From assembly GCA_027001995.1 (NCBI GenBank), contig JALTLO010000044.1, positions 1 to 23,435 of the forward strand: 23,435 nt of DNA, written 5' to 3'. Both the position numbers and the translations under genes were made by a program. Positions 1 through 8,101 of this stretch are shown here, in pieces. Every line of letters begins with the position of its first letter. The stretch's first letter is position 1. Source of the DNA: Planctomycetota bacterium (GTDB lineage Bacteria; Planctomycetota; GCA-002687715; DRQF01). The notes under the pieces are model-generated. The model had not been told where the DNA came from and searched no databases. It saw nothing but the letters and a program-made list of their open reading frames with translations.

Positions 1-1
1 C

Positions 2-2023
2 ATTGAGAGAGTTTACCGGGGCCGCAAGTATCCGCTGATTGCGGCGGTCTTGGCGGACGAAGGAGCCTATGGGCATTTAGATGAATGCTGGAATGTGAGA
101 GACACGGAGCATGTCGAAGGGCGGACCAAGTGCTATCACTACACGATCTTGCACTATCAACCTTGGCGCCCACTGCCCGAGCGATTCTATTATCGGCCCA
201 ATGTGGAAGGCGGAGAACTTTGGGAGAACCTCGAGAAAGAGGCAGATGCTGCGGGTTTCCAGGTTTTTAGCAAACAACGGCCATCATTCCGCTTCAAAGA
301 AACCGGAGGTGTCCTTGATGAAAGCCAGAGTCCTCATTTTTATCCCAACCTTGTTTCCAAGATAGGGGCCGAGCTCGTCGAACGCACCTCTGCAGAAACG
401 ACTTTGTTGATTCATGACAAAGACCATAAAGAAGAAATTGTTGGCAATTTGTGGGGCTCCCGGTCAACTGACGCACTCGCCTTGCAGTCCTTAACTGAAA
501 AGACGGAGGCGATTGATCAAGCTGATGGCATAGTCATGACCGCCAACTTGAATCGGTGGTCGAAAGAAGACCTTCCTTGGATCATTGATGAAGTTTTCTC
601 AAAGGCCAAACGTTTCGTCGTCTTGGCGGTCCATGTGCCAGAAGCCATGAGTGGATCAGTGGCCAAGCGCAAGCTTGCCATGACTAAAGCAGCGGCTTGG
701 TGGTCCTGGGCATGTAAGGGGGCGGCGGCACACCACAAGAGCGTTTATTGGCGCTTGGCATTGATGCCGTCAAAAGAATCTTCATTGGACGACGTGACGT
801 TCCTCAGCGGAGGGAAGCATGTCTCTGATACCTGTCCAACCGTTTGGGTTCTCACCGATGAGAAACCTGGTCATAGCACACAGTCATTTGGGTTGATTCG
901 CGAGCTCTCTTGGCCCTTCGAGGAAAAGAAGCTTCGTTTCAACACCCGAGGGGAGCTGCCCAATGTCTTGGTAAAGGGGACGACTGCAAGCCTCAAAGGG
1001 ACGAGCGATTCTGTTGAAGGCCCACCTTGGCCAGATCTTGTGATTGCCACGGGACGCCGGACTGTCCCCATTTCCGAGTGGATTAGGCAAGAGTCTATTG
1101 GCCGCACGCGAACCGTACAAATGGGTCGTATTGGGACCTCCATGAATGACCGATTCGACATTGGCGTGGCTCCGGCCTATGCAGGCCTTTATCCCGATCC
1201 CCGGCGCCTTGAAACAGCGACTCCCATCACCCGTGTTTGTGAAACCGGTTTGGCAGAGGCTAGGCAAATCTGGGATCACTTGAAGGCTGCAACTCACCCC
1301 CGTGTGGCCCTTCTTATTGGCGGCACGAACGCTGAGCATGAGTTTAGCGCCTCGTGTGCCAAGAAATTAGGAGAAGAGGTGGCTTCCATGGTCAAGAGAG
1401 AAGGGGGTTCGGTGTTCGTGTCCACCAGCCGCCGTACTTCCAAGGCCGCAGCGGATGCGCTTTTGTCGGCCCTTGGGGACGTGTGTTTTCACGCACACGT
1501 TTGGCAGCGGGACATGGGGAGCCAAGAGAACCCTTATATGGGCTACCTCGCTGTTGCAGATGCCTTCGTTGTCACGGGAGAAAGTGCTTCCATGCTGGCC
1601 GAAGCCTGTACCACCAACAAACCCGTAGCTATCTTTCCCATTCCCAGCCGTCTTCGTGGCCTTCGTGCTTGGATTCGTTCCTGGGGTCGGAGCTTGGGTG
1701 ACGCGGTGGCCGAAATTGCTTACTCAAAACCGACGAATAGACGGGGGATCGAGAGACCTCAGAAAGGGCTGCAACGATTCTGTGCTGGACTTTTGGCGAA
1801 GGGTTTGGTCCGGACTGGAGGTCATAGCAGTCGTCTCCATGAATCATTGATTTCTCGGGGGCTGGCACAGAAATTCGATGGACGCCTACCTCTGCCACCC
1901 AAATCGAAATTGAATGAGGTACGCCGTGTGGCCGATCGAGTGCGCCAGGTTTTGGGTTTCCAAGAAGATGAAGGAGAGACGTCAAAGAGCTGTCCATCTT
2001 CTCATGCTGAGAGCGCCCAGTAG
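2..2023 (+). CDS. 5'-truncated multidomain protein: glycosyltransferase-like (GT8-like) C-terminal part + degenerate methyltransferase-like domain + ELM1/DUF1022 (mitochondrial fission ELM1 family) domain
   Basis: The frame is open from position 2 (IERVYRGRKYPLIAAVL...), so the real start lies upstream of the window. WNVRD...HYTILHYQPWRP resembles GT8-like C-termini. EDLPWIIDEVFSKAKRFVVLAV...WW resembles a class I MTase-like C-terminal half. From about 836 there are ELM1 motifs: VWVLTDEKPGHSTQ, PPWPDLVIATGRR, VALLIGG, STSRRT, NPYMGYLAVADAFVVTGESASMLAEAC. Confidence 0.75.
   Translation: MERVYRGRKYPLIAAVLADEGAYGHLDECWNVRDTEHVEGRTKCYHYTILHYQPWRPLPERFYYRPNVEGGELWENLEKEADAAGFQVFSKQRPSFRFKETGGVLDESQSPHFYPNLVSKIGAELVERTSAETTLLIHDKDHKEEIVGNLWGSRSTDALALQSLTEKTEAIDQADGIVMTANLNRWSKEDLPWIIDEVFSKAKRFVVLAVHVPEAMSGSVAKRKLAMTKAAAWWSWACKGAAAHHKSVYWRLALMPSKESSLDDVTFLSGGKHVSDTCPTVWVLTDEKPGHSTQSFGLIRELSWPFEEKKLRFNTRGELPNVLVKGTTASLKGTSDSVEGPPWPDLVIATGRRTVPISEWIRQESIGRTRTVQMGRIGTSMNDRFDIGVAPAYAGLYPDPRRLETATPITRVCETGLAEARQIWDHLKAATHPRVALLIGGTNAEHEFSASCAKKLGEEVASMVKREGGSVFVSTSRRTSKAAADALLSALGDVCFHAHVWQRDMGSQENPYMGYLAVADAFVVTGESASMLAEACTTNKPVAIFPIPSRLRGLRAWIRSWGRSLGDAVAEIAYSKPTNRRGIERPQKGLQRFCAGLLAKGLVRTGGHSSRLHESLISRGLAQKFDGRLPLPPKSKLNEVRRVADRVRQVLGFQEDEGETSKSCPSSHAESAQ
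1556..1577. repeat. 22-bp perfect inverted repeat, copy 1 (partner at 2393-2414)
   Basis: GCAGATGCCTTCGTTGTCACGG at 1556-1577 is the exact reverse complement of CCGTGACAACGAAGGCATCTGC at 2393-2414. Both copies encode ADAFVVT in the two ELM1 paralogues. Confidence 0.9.
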
Positions 2024-2033
2024 GCCCATCGAA

Positions 2034-3173
2034 CTAAGAAATCTGATCGCTTTTGAGGTTTTGTTGCCAAAGGCCTCGGACGCCTTTGGTGGCGTTCGCT
2101 AAGTCTTGGGTGGTGTAGCTTTTTCCTAGGTGGGGGGTGTCGTCCCCGAGCCACTGGATTCGGCCAAGCCTCAACAATTCTTCGTGAATTTTCTCAACTC
2201 GTCTACGAAGGCGCTTGGGACCAAAATGGTTCCTGAGATATGTGCCCCAGGCCCGACTCACTTTCTTGGATGTAAGCGTTACACCTGCGGGAACCAGGGT
2301 AGGATCGCCTTGGTGAAGTGGGCGATTCACATCAAAAACATACACAGGTTTGTTTGTTGAGCAAGCCTCCGCCAACATTGAAATGCTCTCTGCCGTGACA
2401 ACGAAGGCATCTGCTAAGGCCAAAAACGCAAGATAAGGATTCTGGGTCCCAGGGGCGTCGGCGTCAAAATGGAATTGGGGCACATTGATTTCGCTCAAGA
2501 AGAATGGCAAAGCGCCCTTGGGTGTTCTGGCGCTGGACGAGATGAGCAGAGACCCCTTGTTGTTCTGTGCCAGTTGACTGCTGTCGCGAGCGAGTTTCTG
2601 GATTGCAGCAGCGTTGTAGCGGCAGGTAGCACTATCGCCGCCAATGAAAACCCCAGTCCATGGGCGGGGCAAATGAGAGAATGTCGCTTGCCAGCTCTTT
2701 GCAGCGGTTTTCAAGACTCCTTGGTTGATGCGGTGAAGGGGGAGCTTGTTGACCAGGATGTTTTCGGCGTTGCCCAGATCATACTGAGGGGTTGTGATGA
2801 TGAGGTCGAAGAATTTTGGGTGCGCCCATGGACGACCCAAATGGACCAATTTGCATCGGCCATTCGTTTGTCTACGAATCCATCGGGCAACTGGTTCGTT
2901 TCGCCTTCCGGCGGAAATGACAAGATCAGGAAAAGGTGGAGTCATGGGGGCCGACTCCTTCCTTTTTAGACCTGCGAGTGTCACCTGCAAAAGGCGATTG
3001 GGGATGATCTCCAACTCTATGTAGCGCAGGTTCTTTTGGACACAGCGCCAACCCAGAGAATCGGCCAAGGCCAAGATTTGATTGTTATCACCAATCTTTT
3101 GGCCTAGAAGCGCCCAGATGAGGGGATCGTTGGGTATTCCGTCGCAACTTGTTGTCTCGGGCTCATCACTCAT
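2034..3173 (-). CDS. ELM1/DUF1022 family protein (putative nucleoside-diphosphate-sugar-related)
   Basis: 379-aa ORF with IWALLGQKIGDNNQ, PPFPDLVISAGRRNEPVARWIR, FDLIITTPQY, VFIGG, SSSARTP, NPYLAFLALADAFVVTAESISMLAEAC. Paralogous to the C-terminal domain of the convergent gene. Confidence 0.85.
   Translation of the reverse strand: MSDEPETTSCDGIPNDPLIWALLGQKIGDNNQILALADSLGWRCVQKNLRYIELEIIPNRLLQVTLAGLKRKESAPMTPPFPDLVISAGRRNEPVARWIRRQTNGRCKLVHLGRPWAHPKFFDLIITTPQYDLGNAENILVNKLPLHRINQGVLKTAAKSWQATFSHLPRPWTGVFIGGDSATCRYNAAAIQKLARDSSQLAQNNKGSLLISSSARTPKGALPFFLSEINVPQFHFDADAPGTQNPYLAFLALADAFVVTAESISMLAEACSTNKPVYVFDVNRPLHQGDPTLVPAGVTLTSKKVSRAWGTYLRNHFGPKRLRRRVEKIHEELLRLGRIQWLGDDTPHLGKSYTTQDLANATKGVRGLWQQNLKSDQIS
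2393..2414. repeat. 22-bp perfect inverted repeat, copy 2 (partner at 1556-1577)
   Basis: Direct base-by-base comparison with 1556-1577. Confidence 0.9.
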
Positions 3174-3179
3174 GGGGGC

Positions 3180-3208
3180 ATAATAGAGAGGAGAAGGGGC
3201 AATTGCCA
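3180..3208 (-). promoter_or_regulatory. Putative sigma70 promoter giving a leaderless mRNA for the ELM1 gene
   Basis: The minus strand reads TGGCAA-17 nt-TATTAT-GCCCCC-ATG. The -10 box is 6 nt from the start codon and there is no Shine-Dalgarno sequence. Confidence 0.5.
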
Positions 3209-3321
3209 GAAGGGGTTTGCTCCAGTTCCCACGTCCTTCTTCGTGGATCCCATCCGATCGGGGCCCTGTCGTGTTAGCTTGATGTCAGAATCATCTCCTT
3301 GCAAAAACGCAGATAGGCTTC

Positions 3322-4995
3322 ATGCAGATCAGACCTACAACATCCAACGAAGACCTCATGTTCCTGAGGGAGCGTGTTGTGAGCATGGCACGATTGGCTA
3401 GCATATTAGCCATTTTCATGCTCGGGGTTGTGGCCTTGATCGACCTCATGGAAGAAGGAAGAGTGGCCTGGGAGAAGCCGGCGAAGTGGTGGCAGGCGCT
3501 TGGCAGTGGTGTCCTTCTGTTGGTCTGGGTGGTCAATTCTCGGTGGCAACTTTCGCGACGGGGGATCCGTCTGAGCGAAGGTGCTGGCCTCGTTTTTTCA
3601 ACTTGGGCTTTTGCCATTATGACTTGTCAAATGTCCCCAGCTCAGTCGCCTCATATGGCCGCCTTGATGGCCGCCACCTTGATTGCTGTTCTGCGGGCTG
3701 TTTTTGTCCCCAGCAGTCCTCAGCGCACACTTCTACTGGGACTTGTACAAGGCATCCCCCTCATAGTCATTATTGTCTACTTCTATCGGTCCGCTTCTCC
3801 GGGGGATATGGAGGATCTGCGATTGAGTTTTGAAGTGGAGGACGCTCAAGACGTGGCCGGAATTCTGGGGCCAGTCGCCGCTGGCTGGTGGATAGCTTCC
3901 ATGGCAACAGCAACGGCGGCAAGCCATGTGATCTATGGTTTGCGGCGTCGGGTGCGGGAGATTCGTCATCTTGGGCAATATGCTCTTCAAGAGAAGTTGG
4001 GAGAAGGTGGGATGGGGCAGGTGTTTCGTGCTAGTCACGCTATGCTCCGGCGACCGACTGCGGTGAAACTCTTGGCATCGTCAAACATCTCTCCAGGTGA
4101 CATTCAGAGGTTTGAAAAAGAAGTCCAGTTGACCGCTTCTTTGTCCCATCCCCACACAGTGACGGTCTATGACTACGGAAGAACTCCCGATGGTGTGTTC
4201 TACTATGCCATGGAATTGATTGAAGGAGCTACCTTGGGGGAGATCGTTCAGGTGAGTGGTCCCCAAGACCCAAGAAGGGTAAAACACATTTTGGCTGCCG
4301 CTTTAGGAGCCTTGGCTGAAGCACATGGAATTGGCTTAGTACATCGTGACATCAAGCCAGCTAATATCATGCTCAGTCAGATTGGCGGAGCTTACGATTT
4401 CACCAAGGTGCTCGACTTTGGGTTGGTGATGGAAGTGGTTCACAAGGAACTCTCTACATTGGCTTCTGAAGTCGGAGATGTGACTGTCGCTGGGACTCCC
4501 CTATATATGGCCCCCGAGTCATTTGAGGCAAAGGCCACGATCGACGGTCGTACAGACATTTATGCCTTGGGAGCCGTAGCCTACTTCTTGTTGACAGGGA
4601 CCCACGTTTTCGACGGCAAAACAGTCGCTGAAGTGGCCTCAAGGCATTTGAATGAATCCCCTGAACCTCCCAGCTCACGCTTGGGATCTCAGACGAATTT
4701 CCAATTAGAGGAGTTTGTTCTCCTTTGTCTTGCCAAAGACCCCAAACGACGGCCAGATTCTGCTCATGAGGCCTTGGATCTTGTTCGGTCCATTGAAATG
4801 GGAGAATGGACGACTCGAGATGCTCAAGAGTGGTGGCAAACTTTTGGATTTGCCGTGGCTGATGGACGAGAAAAATTTGGAACCAAGGACATGGAGTCCC
4901 AGTCAACTGTCGGCTTTTTAGACTCGCAAGCAACAATTACCCTTGGAATGGACCGCAAGAGCTCCTTTTTAGAGGGCGATGGCGGAAGTTCATAG
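3322..4995 (+). CDS. Serine/threonine protein kinase (Hanks type) with N-terminal multi-pass membrane domain
   Basis: Several hydrophobic segments in the first ~205 aa, then LGEGGMGQV, AVK, HRDIKPANIM, DFGL, GTPLYMAPE, DIYALG. Confidence 0.93.
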   Translation: MQIRPTTSNEDLMFLRERVVSMARLASILAIFMLGVVALIDLMEEGRVAWEKPAKWWQALGSGVLLLVWVVNSRWQLSRRGIRLSEGAGLVFSTWAFAIMTCQMSPAQSPHMAALMAATLIAVLRAVFVPSSPQRTLLLGLVQGIPLIVIIVYFYRSASPGDMEDLRLSFEVEDAQDVAGILGPVAAGWWIASMATATAASHVIYGLRRRVREIRHLGQYALQEKLGEGGMGQVFRASHAMLRRPTAVKLLASSNISPGDIQRFEKEVQLTASLSHPHTVTVYDYGRTPDGVFYYAMELIEGATLGEIVQVSGPQDPRRVKHILAAALGALAEAHGIGLVHRDIKPANIMLSQIGGAYDFTKVLDFGLVMEVVHKELSTLASEVGDVTVAGTPLYMAPESFEAKATIDGRTDIYALGAVAYFLLTGTHVFDGKTVAEVASRHLNESPEPPSSRLGSQTNFQLEEFVLLCLAKDPKRRPDSAHEALDLVRSIEMGEWTTRDAQEWWQTFGFAVADGREKFGTKDMESQSTVGFLDSQATITLGMDRKSSFLEGDGGSS

Positions 4996-5278
4996 TTGCA
5001 AAGAATTCAAAGGAAAATGGCTAAGAGAGCCCGTTTTCTCGAATTGGGGCGTTTTTTCACGAAATGAACCAGGCAATTCGTACGTTAAGTAGTGAGCCTG
5101 TCTCCAGTTGAATGCTCGTTTTAGCCATGAGTTTTGGCCCCAGGTTGCAAAATACTCCCGGGCGGGTTTGACCACATGAATAATATCAAGGGGCTGCGTA
5201 GCACGAACCGAGCCTCTTGGTGTAGGATCAGTTTCCGGTCGGTCGCTAACCGACTATCAATTAGTTTTGGAGAAAACG

Positions 5279-6220
5279 ATGAAGAGAATCGTGGGAGTCC
5301 TAGCAGGACTCTTGTTGTTGGCTTGTGCCGTTTCGGCTCAATCTCAGCAAGAAGAAATGCAGGCCAATTATGACAAGAAGCTCAAGAAAGACTTCATGTC
5401 GAAAGTCAGTTGGGAAAGGGATTTCGCAGCCGCCAAGGCCAAGGCTGCAAAAGAGAACAAGTTGCTTTTGGCATACTTCAGCCGAAGTTACGCCCCATGA
5501 CCACCCTGCAATCAACTAGAGGGGGGTCCCCTTCTACAAGACTGGTGGGTAGCTGCAGCTAAAACTGTTGTCCCTTACATCAATATCACGGCGAGACTCA
5601 GTACGGTTCCCGATCAGGATTTGCTCGAAGAGAAAGGGGGAAGAGGATTCCCCTATTTCACTCTAATGAACAGCAAAGGTGATGTTGTTTGGGAGTTTTG
5701 GCCAGCAGACAAAGCGGCATTTGACAAAGCTTTCAACGCAGCCACATTACTGGTTGAGTTGCAAACGAAAGCAGCAGCGAAACCAGAAGATAAGGCTTTG
5801 GCCGCCGGCGTCAAGTTGCTCGATCACTTTGGGCGCGAACAACGCAAAACTTCGCTCAAAGACGAAGAAATCAAGGCTTTGGGGGCAACGAAAGGTCTTG
5901 ATGACCGGGTCGTGACCCAATTCAAAGCTTGGGAGAACGACAAGAAGCTCATGGATGCCCTCCAAAGCACACGTGCTGATGGGGGCGAAGGGGCCTTGAA
6001 GCTCTTTAAGGAGGGCACGGAGGTCACCGGTCGTTTGGCATTGCCATTCTACTATTGGGTTGTTCAAGGTGCGATCAAAGGGAAAGACGCAGCGAATGGC
6101 ACAAAGGCACTCGACCTCTTCATCAAGGCAGGCTCCAGCCGCAAGGATTTTGCTGAAAGAGCCAAGAAAGACATCGATGCTATGCGCGCGAAGCTCAAAG
6201 AGATAAGCGCGGGGAAGTAA
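5279..6220 (+). CDS. Exported thioredoxin-fold selenoprotein (UxxC, Sec74), 313 aa, with helical C-terminal extension; requires UGA read-through at 5498-5500
   Basis: GGAG at 5269-5272 precedes the ATG at 5279, followed by a signal peptide (MKRIVGVLAGLLLLACAVSA). The protein reads WERDFAAAKAKAAKENKLLLAYFSRSYAP-TGA-PPCNQLEGG. The 40 codons after the TGA are stop-free and join ORF 5621..6220 in frame, including the cis-Pro loop GGRGFPYFTLMNSKGDVV. A SECIS-like hairpin follows the TGA. Confidence 0.85.
5498..5548 (+). promoter_or_regulatory. Bacterial SECIS-like element directly 3' of the in-frame UGA
   Basis: Upper stem UAGAGGGG (5517-5524) pairs with CCCUUCUA (5529-5536), 8 bp with one G-U. 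The apical loop is GGUC (5525-5528), 24 nt after the UGA. A possible lower stem is CCACC (5501-5505) with GGUGG (5544-5548). Confidence 0.75.
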
Positions 6221-6251
6221 GTCCTTGCTGATGACTTCTTTGGCCTAGATC

Positions 6252-6299
6252 AAGAAATGGCGGAGACCAACCATTCGGTTCGTCTCCGCCATTTCTTTT
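6252..6299. terminator. Intrinsic terminator, probably bidirectional
   Basis: AAGAAATGGCGGAGAC (6252-6267) pairs perfectly with GTCTCCGCCATTTCTT (6282-6297), with an inner AACC/GGTT stem and a T-rich 3' end. It lies between convergent genes. Confidence 0.85.
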
Positions 6300-6382
6300 G
6301 GCTTCTCGGCACTAGAACAAAAGTTGCCCTGAGTTGAGTTGAGGAGAGGACTTTATCCTTGCTTCAGGAAGTTGGCGTTTGC

Positions 6383-8101
6383 CTAAGAACCAACGGTCGT
6401 TTTCTTGGCGCCGCCTTTCTGGGACTCGAAGTAAATTTCCAATGGCCCTTCGCCGGCGATAATCCACTGAAACTGTCTTCTACTTTTTGACCCCACTCCT
6501 GACTCGAGGCGAAGACGACCCGGGTCATTCGGAATGATTTTGTTTGTTTCGTTGTGAGCTGGGCCGCTGACTTCCATAGCAGCGATGATTTCTTGAGATT
6601 CCCTTAGTCTGATTCCCAAGAAATCAGGGAGTCCAATGCGCTTTTGAGCAGCCAAGGCCGTTCTGGTTGGGATGAGAGCATTGTTCGTGACTGTGACGCG
6701 AACTGTGCGGGTTTTCTCGGTGGGCCCGGAGCGCATTTCAGCGTTGAGCGTAACCCTGGGCATGTGCTCAGCTTGATTGAGCGTAAATATGGCATTGCGA
6801 TGACAAGTCTCCTCCAGCATGAAGCGTGGGTTGACCCGGCTACTTTCTTTTGTCCATCCACCGATTTCGATGTCGCCATATTGAGGATGTTTGTATGGCT
6901 TCCATTCTCGGTACAACGATCCCATCATGACTAAGTCGTTGAATTCTCGCCTGGCGTTGCGATTGCGCTCTTTGGTATGGAAACGCTGAGATTCGCTCCA
7001 GAGTTCGTTGGTGAAGCTAATAATTCCAAGAGTCTCAGCAGCGAAATTGACGAATCCGCCGTGGACGGTGTAGAGATCTTTGAAGAGTACCATGTAGCGG
7101 TAGAAAGGAAGAATTTTGGCACCTTCTTTGCCGATGGCATCATAAACCCGCAGGTCCGCTCGTGGGTATTCTGAGACATAGTCGGCCCCAGGTCCACGCA
7201 AGATCATCCCCCCTGCATTGTGATAGCTTTGAACGGATGCGATGTTGGGATGATTGAGGAGGAAGTTGCCAACGCTCCTCGCTTCCGGTTCGGAGAAAGG
7301 ATAAGGGCCTGCACCATACTGGACATAAGGTGGGCGCCAGTCCGCCGGATTATTTCGATTCATGTCATACCCACCGGGACCGTCTTCGTTGAGACGACCG
7401 TCGTGGTCATCATCGATCCCTTCCGAGCCCAGAAGAACATAGTCGCCGCTTTCACCTGCTTCGACGCGAATGAGGAAGCGATCATCTTCTGGGTCGGTTT
7501 TGTGGGTGCCGTTCTTCTCAACTTTCTTACGCATCCGCAGAATATTGCCGTCTCCATCCAGGTCATTGGGTGGATCTTCATCGAGTAAACCGTCTCGATC
7601 ATTGTCGATTGGCCTTTGACCCGACCGAGAACTGGACGACGTATTCCCCTGGTGAAGCCAAAAGTCTCGGCCATCGGGATTGACCGTGGGGGCGATGTAG
7701 AAAACCTTCTCATCGACCAGCTTAGTTACCCTTTCGATCTCGCCGTAGTTTTCGAGCAGATACCAAATCGTGTAGAGGCAGACTTCTGCGCCTTGGACTT
7801 CGTTGCCATGGATGTTGGCATCGATGTACATTGCGGCTTTTTCGTTTTCTGGGCCGGTTTTTCTGTTTTGCAAGGTGAGGACCCACATCTCTCGTCCTTG
7901 GAAACTCTTACCCATGGACCCAACGTCAACAAATTGGGGCCAAGTGGTTTTGAAGCGTTGCAGTATTTCGCCGATTTCTTTGTGGTCGTAATAGCGATTG
8001 AACGCCAGCTCCATTTTAGGTGCCGAGGTGTCGGCTGTTTGGGACCAAGTTGATGATGCGCAGAGGAATAGGGAAAACGCTAAGAAGAGGAGTGATTTCA
8101 T
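6383..8101 (-). CDS. Secreted M14 family zinc carboxypeptidase (catalytic motifs intact), 572 aa
   Basis: Start placed at the ATG at 8101 (signal peptide MKSLLFLAFSLFLCASSTWSQ), overlapping the upstream stop as ATGA. Motifs: NIHGNE (HxxE), VNPDG, DMNRN, SEPE, SYHNAGG (third Zn ligand), TNELW (catalytic Glu), plus DxDxDG loops. Confidence 0.9.
   Translation of the reverse strand: MKSLLFLAFSLFLCASSTWSQTADTSAPKMELAFNRYYDHKEIGEILQRFKTTWPQFVDVGSMGKSFQGREMWVLTLQNRKTGPENEKAAMYIDANIHGNEVQGAEVCLYTIWYLLENYGEIERVTKLVDEKVFYIAPTVNPDGRDFWLHQGNTSSSSRSGQRPIDNDRDGLLDEDPPNDLDGDGNILRMRKKVEKNGTHKTDPEDDRFLIRVEAGESGDYVLLGSEGIDDDHDGRLNEDGPGGYDMNRNNPADWRPPYVQYGAGPYPFSEPEARSVGNFLLNHPNIASVQSYHNAGGMILRGPGADYVSEYPRADLRVYDAIGKEGAKILPFYRYMVLFKDLYTVHGGFVNFAAETLGIISFTNELWSESQRFHTKERNRNARREFNDLVMMGSLYREWKPYKHPQYGDIEIGGWTKESSRVNPRFMLEETCHRNAIFTLNQAEHMPRVTLNAEMRSGPTEKTRTVRVTVTNNALIPTRTALAAQKRIGLPDFLGIRLRESQEIIAAMEVSGPAHNETNKIIPNDPGRLRLESGVGSKSRRQFQWIIAGEGPLEIYFESQKGGAKKTTVGS

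Noticed and set aside
5498..5500. UGA reassigned genome-wide to Trp or Gly (codes 4/25)
   Set aside because: The other long genes are uninterrupted under code 11 and use TGG for Trp. TGA acts as a real stop at 8098-8100, 10716-10718 and 21251-21253.
5267..6220. Nonsense pseudogene, or two separate small genes as in the ORF track
   Set aside because: Less likely than Sec. The stop coincides with the catalytic position, a SECIS-like hairpin follows, there is no other lesion, and a start at 5621 would fall in the middle of the thioredoxin fold. It cannot be fully excluded without the sel genes.
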